DNA from: a virus
Length of the DNA: 64,000 nt
Direction: 5' to 3' (one strand)
Virus record (IMG/VR): IMGVR_UViG_3300011113_000736
Location: 6,610-70,609 of that record
Shown one piece after another: positions 1-10,298 of this stretch. The notes below the pieces were generated by a model that worked only from the letters and a program-made list of their open reading frames with translations, searched no databases and was not told where the DNA came from. The first letter of the stretch is position 1; each line of letters begins with the position of its first letter. The position numbers and the translations under genes are program-made.

Positions 1-69
1 TTTTCTTTCCACATTATTTTTTTAAGTTCTATGCTCGTCTCTCTATGGCTAACTTTTCCATAACATATA

Positions 70-103
70 AAAAAAGAAACCCGACCTTAAAGGTCGGGTT
101 TCT
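70..103 (-). terminator. Intrinsic terminator after major capsid gene
   Basis: GAAACCCGACC-TTAAA-GGTCGGGTTTC hairpin followed by a U-run on the minus strand. Confidence 0.85.
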
Positions 104-132
104 GGGATCTATTTGAGATAGATCTAATATTT

Positions 133-1599
133 TTACACACGGAAATTGGCTATCGACAATCTTGCATAAAATTTTGCGCCTTCTCGTAATAGTTTTTTTC
201 CGTATCGAACAAGTAGACCACGCCTTGGGCAGAATGACTCTGGATCAAGGACAACTGGAGTCTGAGTTAGGGGGACATATGGGCAGTAGAAATAACCACT
301 ATCCATGTATGAATCTCCCTTATATCCCATGAGAAGCTGGTTGGTTGGGAAGAGGGGATCCTTATAGAGACGGTAGCGGTTAGCCACGGTTCCGACATAC
401 TGCACACCCAAGGAGGAGGTGAAGGTTTCGGAAGGAGCAGGAGCGAAGCCAGCGGTAGCGGTTTCGAAGATTGAAGCAACTTCAGGTGAGGTCACGATGA
501 AGTTAGCGCCGCCACGGAGGGTCTTCCTATGGATCACATTGGAGACCTCAATGATCTTCACATAGAGGGCTTCGTACTTTTCCTTGATGGTCTGACCGAT
601 AGCGGTGCTGAAGTCCCAAGCGGAGACAGTACCGGCGTTGTTGCGGAGGTCGCCCAACACTTCACGGTCGATTTCGAGGTTGATTTCCTGAGCGAGAACA
701 GCGGTCAACTCAGCTTCAGCGTCGAGGTTGTGCTGTGAGCGGAGGTCTTGCTGTGCTTCGTATGACCACACTGCCTTGAGCTTACGGGTCTTGGCAATGA
801 TGTCTTCTGATTCAACGACGAGGTTGATTTCAGGAAGGTCTTGGTTGCACTCCATATTGTACTCATAGGAGAGTACGCAGTAGTTGCTACCGGGGGTTCC
901 GCCGGTCCAAGCGAGGGTGAACTCACCAGTGGTGAGGTCGATGCTGGTGCCGGAAGTGGTGCCCTTAACAGTAGGTGAACCAATATCGGTGAAAGTGAAA
1001 GAGCCAGCTGATGAGACGACGAATGTCTGGATAGCTGTGCCAGCGTTGTAAACAGTACCAGTAATGGTGCCAGCGAGGATTGGGGTATGTTCCAATGGGC
1101 TGAACACGCTGGTAGCAACGCCACCGCTGTTGGTGCTGGTAGTTTCGTTGTTTACAAACTGTGAAGAGTAGTAAACATCGAGGTTTGCAGTACCATCAGC
1201 CAACTGCTGGAGTGAGTTCACATCATCGGTGGGGAAGCCGCCGTTATTGGAAGCGCCACGGACTGAACCCTTGTTTGAGGAGTACCTAAAGCGGAGGTAG
1301 TACACCAAGCCGGTAGGACCGAGTAGTGGCTGAACGCTAACAATCTTGTTGGCGATCAACTGGGGATAAATACGACGAACAAGGGGAATTGAGATCCTCT
1401 TGAACTGTGCGACATCGGCGGTGTCGGTTGACACTTCGTTGAAAAGCTTTTCTCTTTCGAGCATTAGGCGTTGGTTCTCAAGGAGAACTGCGGTAGCAGC
1501 ACGGGTATGAGTGTCATCGATACCCTTGAGAAGACCAGTTTTAGCCCAACGGCTCTCTAGTTCTTTAGCTTCGTTAAGATAAGCTGCATTAAGACTCAT
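133..1599 (-). CDS. Major capsid protein, T4 gp23-like
   Basis: Motifs AVLLENQ, VSVQPLLGPTGLVYYLR, AKTRKLKAVWSYEAQQDLRSQHNLDAEAEL, EINLEIDRE, YCPYVPL. Confidence 0.96.
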   Translation of the reverse strand: MSLNAAYLNEAKELESRWAKTGLLKGIDDTHTRAATAVLLENQRLMLEREKLFNEVSTDTADVAQFKRISIPLVRRIYPQLIANKIVSVQPLLGPTGLVYYLRFRYSSNKGSVRGASNNGGFPTDDVNSLQQLADGTANLDVYYSSQFVNNETTSTNSGGVATSVFSPLEHTPILAGTITGTVYNAGTAIQTFVVSSAGSFTFTDIGSPTVKGTTSGTSIDLTTGEFTLAWTGGTPGSNYCVLSYEYNMECNQDLPEINLVVESEDIIAKTRKLKAVWSYEAQQDLRSQHNLDAEAELTAVLAQEINLEIDREVLGDLRNNAGTVSAWDFSTAIGQTIKEKYEALYVKIIEVSNVIHRKTLRGGANFIVTSPEVASIFETATAGFAPAPSETFTSSLGVQYVGTVANRYRLYKDPLFPTNQLLMGYKGDSYMDSGYFYCPYVPLTQTPVVLDPESFCPRRGLLVRYGKKLLREGAKFYARLSIANFRV

Positions 1600-1622
1600 T
1601 TTATCACCTTTCTAAAGTAAAA

Positions 1623-2504
1623 TTACTTAGCCTTTTTAATACCTGAAAGAACGAGAAGATCGTTGTCTGCATTTACTGAAGTTGATTCAGAGATAACCTG
1701 AACATTTTCAGTAATTAACTGACCTCTCCCGCTTACGCTCTTTGCTTTCTCGCCACGCTCTTTCTGCTCACTGATGACTTTCTTGGTGTTGTTAACACGG
1801 CTTTCACCAATGACTTCAGAAGCTCTGCGAACGCTCTCATTCAACTTGGTGTTTTCGGTTGAAAGACGAATGTTGCGAGCTTCCATCATACGAAGCTGAC
1901 CCTTAAGATCTTCGACAGACTTACGGGCTTCTTCAAGCTTGCCGGAAGTGCTGAAGAACTGCTCATCGCCAGAGATGTAATCAGAAGCGATGTTGACAAT
2001 CTTATCGAGTGCAACTTTGTGTTCCACGATACGAGGATCAGCCATGAGGTCTCTCTTGGCTTGCTCGTAGATTTCCACGCCCTTGACTTGGAGGAACTCG
2101 TCAACCTTGTCAACGATGTATTCCTTCATTTCCTTGAGCTTGGCATCATACTCTTCATAGAGGTCGCTTTCGACGCTGTTCTTGCTGTTTCTTTCGGCAA
2201 GAATCATTTGATAAGCTTCCTCATAGCCTTCTTCGAGGGTGTTTTCGAACTCAGCCTTCTGAGTGGAAAGTCTCTCTTGAAGATCGGCAATGATCTGATA
2301 AGCTTCGTTGTAGCCCTGATAGGCGGTTTTTTCAGCTTGGGAAAGCTCGTTGGTAAGCTGGGCATAAGCTTCTTCAAGATTCTTATTGAATTCAGCTTCC
2401 ATTTCCTTCTTGGACTCTTCCAACATTTCATTGACAGCCTGAGCAACTTCGTTGATTTGATCAGCTGGAAGAAGATTCTTCAAAGAATTTAAAATCTTGT
2501 TCAT
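1623..2504 (-). CDS. Prohead core scaffold protein (gp22-like position)
   Basis: Acidic coiled coil between protease and capsid genes; many L/I-x-E sites; C-terminal LLVLSGI. Confidence 0.75.
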   Translation of the reverse strand: MNKILNSLKNLLPADQINEVAQAVNEMLEESKKEMEAEFNKNLEEAYAQLTNELSQAEKTAYQGYNEAYQIIADLQERLSTQKAEFENTLEEGYEEAYQMILAERNSKNSVESDLYEEYDAKLKEMKEYIVDKVDEFLQVKGVEIYEQAKRDLMADPRIVEHKVALDKIVNIASDYISGDEQFFSTSGKLEEARKSVEDLKGQLRMMEARNIRLSTENTKLNESVRRASEVIGESRVNNTKKVISEQKERGEKAKSVSGRGQLITENVQVISESTSVNADNDLLVLSGIKKAK

Positions 2505-3166
2505 TACAGTCTCCCTATTATGTTACTGGTTTTGTTCTTAATTAACCCGCCTAAGCAAGCTATAAGTGCATCCTTATTAACACTATGTATGCTTCTGCTT
2601 TCATTTCTTGCAGAAAAATTATCAGGAATATAGTTTTCCTTGGTAATTTTCCTTTGAAATGCCTGATAAGTTGAAGGATCAGCAACTGCGTCAAATGTAA
2701 TAAGTTTGTATGATTCAGTGATCATCAATATGCCTTTATCATTTGTAGCGCCATTGCCAACGCCTCTTGAAGAAATGCCTACACGCACACCATCGTTGAT
2801 AAGAGCCTTGAGGATCTTGCCATGAGGAGTGTTGAGAATTTCACCTTCTCCCATCAAGGATTTTCCTTCCCACCATAATTTTGTGACGACATGGGAAGCT
2901 TTTTCGAAATGGATAATGGAGTCAGATGGGTGGTCGAGTTCACCGACTAAACCTCTTGCGTTAACGCACTCCACTAAGTCACGAACATTTTTGTCTAGAA
3001 CATTAAAACTGTAGCATCTATTATTTTTGTTAACTTCGTCGGCTTGTTGAAATTTACCACGAAATCTGGTGAGTCCACCATTGGTGGACTCATTCAGATC
3101 CATGTGAATTCCGCCGTGAGAACAGCAGTCCACAAGTAGCATACTCACATCAACCCCTTTCGCCAC
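2504..3166 (-). CDS. Prohead protease, T4 gp21-like
   Basis: NKNNRCY, GELDHP, ILNTPHG, GISSRGVG, FDAVADPS motifs. Confidence 0.93.
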   Translation of the reverse strand: MAKGVDVSMLLVDCCSHGGIHMDLNESTNGGLTRFRGKFQQADEVNKNNRCYSFNVLDKNVRDLVECVNARGLVGELDHPSDSIIHFEKASHVVTKLWWEGKSLMGEGEILNTPHGKILKALINDGVRVGISSRGVGNGATNDKGILMITESYKLITFDAVADPSTYQAFQRKITKENYIPDNFSARNESRSIHSVNKDALIACLGGLIKNKTSNIIGRL

Positions 3167-4922
3167 CCTTAAGTAGCTTAAAGCTGTTAGCCAAAGTCAT
3201 GCCATTAGCAGGAATGTAAGGATTCTTGAGCTTGTCCCAAGTATCGGGACCGTCATCATGACCAAGCACATCGCTATCGGATTCGATAGCCTTCTCGCCA
3301 TGAATCTTGAAATCGCCAGCCTTGGGCACATATGGATTCTTGACATTGGGATAGACATCGTTGCCATCCTGAGTCAAATAGCCCTGCTTAAGATCTTCAA
3401 CGCCTTGCTTGTCATAAGACTTGCCATCGCTGACGAAAGGTGAACGGGTAGAAGCGTACTTGCCGGGAGTGCCGTCAATTTTGGCATACTTAGCAATTGC
3501 TTCGACATCTCCAGTCACAGTGTGACCAACTTTGTCAGAAACATGCCAGTCGCCACTCATTGGAAGATTGGCAGCAGCCTTGAGCATTGCGGCAGCTTCT
3601 TCAAGAACATCAAGATCAAAAGCCTTCTTGCCAGTTAGAGCGTTCTCAATGTCGCCCATAAAGCCAGCAATTTCATGCTTGATTGAGGTATCACCGAAGT
3701 GTTCGGCAAGACCAGCAAGGCTGTTAAGAGCCTTGTAGGTGTCTTCAAAAGCCATCTTTTCGGTGTTGGCAACTTCGTCAAGCTTTTCAATCATGACTTC
3801 AGAAGCTCTCTTGAATCCTTCATAGCTGTCGGATTCAAACATATCAGCTAGCTTGAATATCTGGTTGACCTTGTCCTTGTAGTTCTCGTAGCAAGTACGA
3901 AGAACGCCTTCAGCCAAGAAAGAGCAAGAATCGTCATCGAAATTCTTAACGCCTTCCTTAACCAAGGTGTCGCTGATCAACTTGGCAATTTCGCCTTCGG
4001 TGAGATAAATCACGCTGGGGAAAGCAGCGACGACATTCTCAATGGTTTCCTGTAGCTTAGAAGCATCGCTCATGGCGTTGCACTTCTTCATATCCTTGCA
4101 AGCAAGACCCCAGTGGGCATTGTGTGCAAGCATCTTCATGAGATCTCTTTGGTGCATAACATTGGTATTAAGAGTCTTCCAATTGAAGGAAAGCATCTTG
4201 GCTTCGTTCTTAATTTGAGAACGAGGAATAGCAATGGCAACAACATTGCCAAGCTTGTCCTTAACGGTTTCGCTCAAGGTTGGAGCGCCGAATGTTCTGA
4301 AATCAACATAATCAAGAACATTCTTAGAAACTGATGCCCATTCCTTAACCATCTTGGCGGTAGCCTTCTTGGAAAGGTTCATCATCTTCTTGGAAGAATG
4401 CTTTTTCATTAGCTCTTCACGCTTGTCATCTTTCTTGCCATGAGATTTCTTAGCAGCTTTCTTCTTGAAGTAAGCGAGAAGCTGGGGAGGCATTTTGCCC
4501 TTGCCGTGCTTCTTGGCTTCGTTGATAACACCTTCCTGAAGGTTTACACGAATGTAAGGAAGGCTGAAGTAGCTTGAGAAAAGATCGCTTGCTGCGTTCT
4601 TATTGTCATCAAGAATTGAATCAACCATTTTGTCAAGAATAGATTTACCTTCATTGATTTGAGAGGTTTCATCGACAACCAACTCTTCAATGTTTTCAAG
4701 CAAAAGCTTGGTATCATCTACAATATAGGTAGCGTGAACAAGTGTTCCTTGATCAGTAGCAAAAGTAGCTTCATTTTCTGTGATGCCGAAAAGAGCCATG
4801 TTATCTTTGCCAAGTGCAGCAGCAATAGCATCGGTGGCTTCACTTAATTCTTTTTCGGCGGTCTGGAGAAACTTACGCTCAATCTGCTTGAAGACATCAT
4901 AGTCGATGAGTTTTCTCTTCAT
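3150..4922 (-). CDS. Head-module protein of unknown function (probable core/structural)
   Basis: 590 aa ORF between portal and protease with the same GC-richer codon style as the capsid genes. Confidence 0.6.
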   Translation of the reverse strand: MKRKLIDYDVFKQIERKFLQTAEKELSEATDAIAAALGKDNMALFGITENEATFATDQGTLVHATYIVDDTKLLLENIEELVVDETSQINEGKSILDKMVDSILDDNKNAASDLFSSYFSLPYIRVNLQEGVINEAKKHGKGKMPPQLLAYFKKKAAKKSHGKKDDKREELMKKHSSKKMMNLSKKATAKMVKEWASVSKNVLDYVDFRTFGAPTLSETVKDKLGNVVAIAIPRSQIKNEAKMLSFNWKTLNTNVMHQRDLMKMLAHNAHWGLACKDMKKCNAMSDASKLQETIENVVAAFPSVIYLTEGEIAKLISDTLVKEGVKNFDDDSCSFLAEGVLRTCYENYKDKVNQIFKLADMFESDSYEGFKRASEVMIEKLDEVANTEKMAFEDTYKALNSLAGLAEHFGDTSIKHEIAGFMGDIENALTGKKAFDLDVLEEAAAMLKAAANLPMSGDWHVSDKVGHTVTGDVEAIAKYAKIDGTPGKYASTRSPFVSDGKSYDKQGVEDLKQGYLTQDGNDVYPNVKNPYVPKAGDFKIHGEKAIESDSDVLGHDDGPDTWDKLKNPYIPANGMTLANSFKLLKGGERG

Positions 4923-5022
4923 TTTATACTCCCAAAAAAAACATGTTTAATTCACATAGAGTGAGAATTTTTAGAATCCTAACTCATATCTATGCAGGAG
5001 CTTTAAAAAAAAGAAGGTAAAC

Positions 5023-5349
5023 ATGCAAACATTTGCTGATTTCATCAATAAAAGATTTGGTTTAAATGAAAATGAAGATCAAAATCAACAGGCTGTTCCT
5101 TTTAAAATGCGAAAAAAATCAGCTGAATTAGAAAATATAATTCATTTAATTTTAGATAATCCAAATTATTTTAATAAATTTTTTGAAGCTATAAAAGAAT
5201 TTGTTAAAGATATTCAAGATAATGATTTGAATAACATGATTGATGAATTAGAAGAAAATATAAAGCAAGATGATAAAGATAAAGGTCTTGGACAATTAGA
5301 TGGTGAGTCTCATAAACCAAATAATCTGCCACCTAATATGGGTGGTTAA
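5023..5349 (+). CDS. Hypothetical protein with CTS-like N-terminus
   Basis: MQTFADFINKRFGLNE; SD AAGG. Confidence 0.6.
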   Translation: MQTFADFINKRFGLNENEDQNQQAVPFKMRKKSAELENIIHLILDNPNYFNKFFEAIKEFVKDIQDNDLNNMIDELEENIKQDDKDKGLGQLDGESHKPNNLPPNMGG

Positions 5350-5364
5350 TTTTTAAATATTTTT

Positions 5365-5400
5365 ATTCAATGCTATAATCTTGGCTTTCCATGTCTTCTT
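5365..5400. repeat. 36-bp exact duplicate of the portal gene 3' end (5910-5945)
   Basis: attcaatgctataatcttggctttccatgtcttctt present at both positions. Confidence 0.9.
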
Positions 5401-5411
5401 TGTTTACAAAC

Positions 5412-5513
5412 CTAATTGTAGGTGTAACGAGCTTTCCCTGCATGTTTGAGACATGTGGTTCTTTGCTTATTGTTTAACCTCAATTCGGTCTTATAACCAC
5501 GCTGTAACTTCAC
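5412..5513 (-). pseudogene. tnpB: IS200/IS605-type TnpB N-terminal fragment
   Basis: Translates to (V)KLQRGYKTELRLNNKQRTTCLKHAGKARYTYN*, matching the TnpB N-terminal HTH pattern YK-x-EL-x-LNN-x-Q...HAG-x-AR-x-x-YNW with W changed to a stop. Confidence 0.75.
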
Positions 5514-5863
5514 ATTTCCTCGTATGCCTGTTGGTAATTGTTAGTCTTTGAGTTCAAAAGCCTGAGCAAAACTTTTTCGTTACCTGTTTGGATTACATCA
5601 CTGTCTTTTGCCATCGCTAGACAATTTGCCTTGTCTCCAGATAGCCACGCCGCAGTTCCTAAGTAGTATTTTGCTTCCCCCGGACTTTCTTCCCATGCTT
5701 GTTGTGCAGCCTTTTGCATCATGCTGACTGCAAGTTGTGTGTTGCCTGAAGATGCGTGTTTTTGTGCTTCGTGCCAAGTGTCAACCCAAATATTACTCAT
5801 AGGGTTGCTGTCACCTTGATACTTTTGTTGTTTGTTTTCAATGTATTGTTTCCATCTTAACAT
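5510..5863 (-). CDS. Small helical (TPR-like) protein with CTS-like N-terminus
   Basis: MLRWKQYIE start; SD GGAG. Confidence 0.6.
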   Translation of the reverse strand: MLRWKQYIENKQQKYQGDSNPMSNIWVDTWHEAQKHASSGNTQLAVSMMQKAAQQAWEESPGEAKYYLGTAAWLSGDKANCLAMAKDSDVIQTGNEKVLLRLLNSKTNNYQQAYEEM

Positions 5864-5907
5864 TTTCTCTCCAGTTTTTTCTTTTTGTTATTCTGACATT
5901 TTTAACC

Positions 5908-8436
5908 TCATTCAATGCTATAATCTTGGCTTTCCATGTCTTCTTCAGAGGCATAATCTTGAATACCAAGATCATACTTTTCGATATCTTCTTCTGAAGG
6001 TTCTGGAAGTGGTGGACCACCCCCTGTTGTTGTCGGTGTAGGACCACCAGTTTCTGAAGTTGCCGGTGCGCCACCCGCTGCTTCTGGTGATCCCTCTGGT
6101 GGTGCTTCTGTTGGAACTTCGGGTGATTTGTTTGGTCCTTCTTCTGTAGCTCCAATTTGTTCTTCGTCGGATGCAGGTATGCCAACACCAAGAAGTTGTG
6201 GGTTCTGTTGCAACACTTGCAATCTTGCATCTTCAAGTTTTTGCAGTTTGTTTCTAGCAAGCATATCTTTTGTTTCTTCTTCAGTGTAATGCATCCAGAA
6301 TCGCAACAAATCGTAATCGCTAATCAAACCAGCAGATTTAAGACCTGTTACATTTTGGATTCTGTTGTTGACGATTTCTGCTCTGCTAAGCTCTCTCCAT
6401 TCGCTTGGAGGAGTCATTGTGATCTTTAAATCATCATAAGTCTCAGGTGGATAACCACGCATATGAAGATGTCTTTGAGCAATCTCATAAATACCATCTT
6501 CCAATGAAGACTGATAACGCTCAACAGTTCTGGCAAACTTTACATCTTGTGAACTCAAGGTTATCTTGGTTTGAGCAGGATCATCGACATTAAGATAATT
6601 CTTGGGGAAGTTCAATGCTGTCATCAACTTCAAACGGAAGTAAATAGCATCGTCAATTTCGCCGAGATTTTGGGCACCGGGAAGTGTTTCAATCTTTGTG
6701 TTAGAATTTGGTCTAGTTGGAATCCAATAATCTTCTTCGACGGCTGGTGGTTGATATCTTTCTTCCACGGAAGAAGATCCAGAGAATCCGTTTTGGTTCA
6801 AGCTGACCTTTCTCTTGCGGAATTGGTCTTTCATTCTTTCAATGAAAGCTTCAGCTTTGAAACCGGGAAGTTGACCAACATCAATATAAAACACCCTTCT
6901 TTCGGGCGCACGGGCAAGGCGGTATGTCAACATGCTGTCTTCCATGAGTCTTAATTGATAAGCTGGTCCTCTGGCTGGTTCAACGATTGAAGAACCGTAA
7001 GGATAAAACTGCCTTCTATCCTCATTAACTCTTACATGAACAATTTGTTCAGGGGCGAATCTGATTGCTGTTGCCATTTGAATTTCTTGATCGCTAGCAA
7101 CAGTGACAGGCGCACGAACCAATGATTGATAATCTGGTCCTTCTTTGGACTGCTGGAATTCAATGACTTTGCCCTTGGTTGTTTCAATGCGATAAATACT
7201 TTCGGGAGGAAGTCTTTGAATCTTCAAGATTCCCTCATTAGGAGAATCAAGATCGGTGATAAGCTCATAGAACAAATCACCATAAAGAAGCAAGCTCTTA
7301 AAATCTGCCCAAATTCTCTTATTGAAGTTCAACATTTGGCGTGACATAAGGAGGAATTCAACTTCCTTTTTCACATCATCGTTTTCTGTTTGAATTTTCA
7401 AAACATTGCCATATTCGTCCTTTTGACAATTGTGAACAATTGTATGGTCTGTGGCAAAGTTATGATGCTCTTCAACAGTCAAGTCATACACATCTTGTGT
7501 GATACCTTTAAATTTGCCAATTACTTTTCTTTTATCATTCTTGCTTCTGGACAAGTGTTTTAGTTCTTTGTATGTGTAACCAAATTTCTTCAATCTTGCT
7601 TTGATAGTGATCCAAGTTTCCTCAACCATAGCAAGTATATTTTCCATAGACAGACCTTTATTTATAAGTCTGGTATATTGGTTTATAACTTGATATTTCT
7701 CTATGGGTTTTCCAGCTTTCCATTCTTCGACAAGCTGTCTTTCAGTCACCCATCCATTATTAAATGTAAAGATTCTGGGGAATTGACCGCTAATTAGACT
7801 GTTGTGTTCTGAGTCTGGCTTTTCACGATAGAATGGCATTAAGTCATCGCCAATTTTAATCTTTTCGGCTTCTATCCATTCGCCTGAACGGAGCAAGATT
7901 TTATGATCTGGAGTACATTCCAACTTGCCACCATTATCAAAAATTAATTCTACAGTCTCTGATGTTTTGGTTTTTCTTGGATGATGTGCCCAACCAAGCG
8001 TGTAATCTCTCTTGCTAAAATCGTAGCAATAAACCAAGAATTTATCGTTAGCGTTTTCTTCAGCAAGTGTTTGAATTGTTTTAAATCCAAATGGTGTTGC
8101 CACCTTTGTGTTGCCTGCAACGCAAGCTTCATCAGCAAAAATGGTCAAGCATGTTTCGATTTCTGGAACTGCCCTAAGTCTTTCGTATTCTTTATATCGT
8201 GAAATTCTGTTGCTTACAGTTGATAGGTCGATAAAATCTTGGCTCTCACGAAGGCGGATAAGTCTGTTATCTTGACCATTCCAATAAGAGCCATCGGGAG
8301 AAATGCTGGGGATAGAATCGGGACTGATGATACCAGCACCGACAATATCTTTAGATTGCAATCTTCTACTTAGCGGATCTTTTTCAAACGCATAGGTAAA
8401 AGTTTTAAAAATATCAGACCAAAGTGGCGTAGGCAT
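5908..8436 (-). CDS. Portal vertex protein, T4 gp20-like, containing an intein
   Basis: LRLMEDSMLTYRLARAPERRVFYIDVG, EDYWIP, IETLPGAQNLGEIDD. Confidence 0.95.
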   Translation of the reverse strand: MPTPLWSDIFKTFTYAFEKDPLSRRLQSKDIVGAGIISPDSIPSISPDGSYWNGQDNRLIRLRESQDFIDLSTVSNRISRYKEYERLRAVPEIETCLTIFADEACVAGNTKVATPFGFKTIQTLAEENANDKFLVYCYDFSKRDYTLGWAHHPRKTKTSETVELIFDNGGKLECTPDHKILLRSGEWIEAEKIKIGDDLMPFYREKPDSEHNSLISGQFPRIFTFNNGWVTERQLVEEWKAGKPIEKYQVINQYTRLINKGLSMENILAMVEETWITIKARLKKFGYTYKELKHLSRSKNDKRKVIGKFKGITQDVYDLTVEEHHNFATDHTIVHNCQKDEYGNVLKIQTENDDVKKEVEFLLMSRQMLNFNKRIWADFKSLLLYGDLFYELITDLDSPNEGILKIQRLPPESIYRIETTKGKVIEFQQSKEGPDYQSLVRAPVTVASDQEIQMATAIRFAPEQIVHVRVNEDRRQFYPYGSSIVEPARGPAYQLRLMEDSMLTYRLARAPERRVFYIDVGQLPGFKAEAFIERMKDQFRKRKVSLNQNGFSGSSSVEERYQPPAVEEDYWIPTRPNSNTKIETLPGAQNLGEIDDAIYFRLKLMTALNFPKNYLNVDDPAQTKITLSSQDVKFARTVERYQSSLEDGIYEIAQRHLHMRGYPPETYDDLKITMTPPSEWRELSRAEIVNNRIQNVTGLKSAGLISDYDLLRFWMHYTEEETKDMLARNKLQKLEDARLQVLQQNPQLLGVGIPASDEEQIGATEEGPNKSPEVPTEAPPEGSPEAAGGAPATSETGGPTPTTTGGGPPLPEPSEEDIEKYDLGIQDYASEEDMESQDYSIE
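7429..8124 (-). mobile_element. Intein (232 aa) in portal
   Basis: Begins CVAGNTKV, block B CTPDHK, ends VYDLTVEEHHNF...IVHN followed by +1 Cys. Confidence 0.92.
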
Positions 8437-8572
8437 ATTCCTCTATTTCTTGACCTTTTCCGTAGGTGTGCCACCATAATTGGATAAGCGACACCATGAA
8501 CAATCTAATCAAGTTATTTAGTCTTTTTTTTGAAAATTTGCGTCTTCTCTTTCAAACAAACTAAATTAAAAC

Positions 8573-9454
8573 ATGGAAAGCTTCAACAATTACATAGAAT
8601 CCAAATCAACCGTTATAGAAAAAAACAGAATTGTTATAATTCAAGGATCACCCAGAACAAGAAAGTCTTGTTCTGGAGGCGATTCTAAAACAAGCATGCT
8701 GATAAACAAGATATTGGACAAATTAGACAAAAGCATAAAAGTTGATTTGTTTGACCTATCTGTGAGAGATAATCAACCTAAAGTGCAACCATGCAAAGGT
8801 TGCATATCTACATCAAATGGCTACCAATGCCATTTTCCTTGTTCCTGCTATAGCAAAAACAATGATCAAGAACCAGATTACATGCATGACAAAGATGTCT
8901 ATAAAAAAATGCAAAAAGCCAGTGGCTTTGTAGTTTTTTCTCCTGTAAATTGGTATGCGGTTACGACTCAGGTGAAAGCTTTTTTTGACAGACTTGTTTG
9001 TGTAAATCTAACTTTGACTGTTGATCAAGCTGAAAAATATATGGGTGACGATATAAAAAACCCAGAAATTACAAGAAAATTAGAAAAAAGTGGTCAATAT
9101 TCGAATTTGTTAAAAAATCATTATGAAGGAAAAGTGGGCGCTTTTTTTATTCATGGAAATGATGGGGCGAATGATTATGAAAATAAAAAATTACCATTAT
9201 CATTGATAGAATACCACGATCAAGAAAAAAACTTTTCTATTAAAGATTGTATCATGCCGATTGTACATCAATGTAGATATTCTGGCATATTTGTACCTGA
9301 TAACTTAATACAATGCCATCACATAGGAGAAAATGATTCTTATGCCGAAGGAAATGATAAATTTAAAGAAGATGAGGAAGAAATTTTTGTAAACAAAGGA
9401 TTAGAATTAATAAAAAAACTAATGGAAGAAATAAATGCTATAAAAACTAAATAA
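8573..9454 (+). CDS. Flavodoxin-fold / iron-sulfur flavoprotein (NADPH-dependent FMN reductase family), CTS-like start
   Basis: IIQGSPR, PCKGC, FSPVNWY, KAFFDRL; N-terminus MESFNNYIE. Confidence 0.8.
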   Translation: MESFNNYIESKSTVIEKNRIVIIQGSPRTRKSCSGGDSKTSMLINKILDKLDKSIKVDLFDLSVRDNQPKVQPCKGCISTSNGYQCHFPCSCYSKNNDQEPDYMHDKDVYKKMQKASGFVVFSPVNWYAVTTQVKAFFDRLVCVNLTLTVDQAEKYMGDDIKNPEITRKLEKSGQYSNLLKNHYEGKVGAFFIHGNDGANDYENKKLPLSLIEYHDQEKNFSIKDCIMPIVHQCRYSGIFVPDNLIQCHHIGENDSYAEGNDKFKEDEEEIFVNKGLELIKKLMEEINAIKTK

Positions 9455-9458
9455 TAGT

Positions 9459-10016
9459 ATGGAAAGTTTTTTTGTTGTAAGTTATCATGGTTCCACTCAC
9501 AACAAATTAGACAAAACTCTTTCGTCACATCCCAAACTTCAAAAAGTAATTAAAGACACAAGTACAAAACACATTTATTTAAATTGCCATAATGTTATAG
9601 AACTTCAAAAGAACCATAAGTATAAATTTGGCGGTTCTTGGTTTTATGATGTTTGTCTTGATAACTATGAAATGGCATCAAAAGATGTAATGAAGAATCA
9701 TTTCTTTATATTTTATTTTGATGATGTTGTTGGTCATAATAATTTTTCTTATATAAATTATAGACTAAGAAGAATATACGAAATGCTTCATCACTGTAAT
9801 GATTATGTTATATTTTTCAATAATGGTAAAAATTTTGATTTAATTCTTAATAAAATAGAAAATAGATTGCAACTTGATGAACCATTAGTGCCATCAAAAG
9901 AATATTCTGTTAAAATAGAAAAATGTTTTGACAACAAAAGCGATTATTATTTCTCGCTAATAAAAAATAAATTTTCTAATAAAATTTTAACCGATCAAAA
10001 ATTGATCGTTGTTTGA
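9459..10016 (+). CDS. Hypothetical protein, weak sulfotransferase-like N-terminus
   Basis: SYHGST...LSSHP. Confidence 0.45.
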   Translation: MESFFVVSYHGSTHNKLDKTLSSHPKLQKVIKDTSTKHIYLNCHNVIELQKNHKYKFGGSWFYDVCLDNYEMASKDVMKNHFFIFYFDDVVGHNNFSYINYRLRRIYEMLHHCNDYVIFFNNGKNFDLILNKIENRLQLDEPLVPSKEYSVKIEKCFDNKSDYYFSLIKNKFSNKILTDQKLIVV

Positions 10017-10298
10017 AACAGGATTATTTTCAGGCTTTTTTAGTTTATTATTTTCCAAAGCTATCAATCTATCCAATTCTCTTAAAGCCAATTTGGCTGC
10101 ATCTGCATCCATGTACGAAGATTGTCGATTCATTTGCTGTTGGGCAATTTCTCTTTTATTTCTTTTGCTTTGAATTTCTTTCATCTCATTTATTGCTTTG
10201 CGGAAAAATACCCTTGCATTTTGCAATGCAAAGTCATCCGGTATTTCAAAATAAAGCTTTTCTAGTTTGCTTATTGTTTCACTAATGTTCTTTTTCAT
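9987..10298 (-). CDS. Hypothetical protein
   Basis: ORF coupled to the upstream gene. Confidence 0.6.
   Translation of the reverse strand: MKKNISETISKLEKLYFEIPDDFALQNARVFFRKAINEMKEIQSKRNKREIAQQQMNRQSSYMDADAAKLALRELDRLIALENNKLKKPENNPVSNNDQFLIG

Noticed and set aside
267-4847. Alternative-frame and antisense ORFs inside the head genes (and similar ones in parB and DUF932)
   Set aside because: Shadows of biased codon usage in well-supported genes
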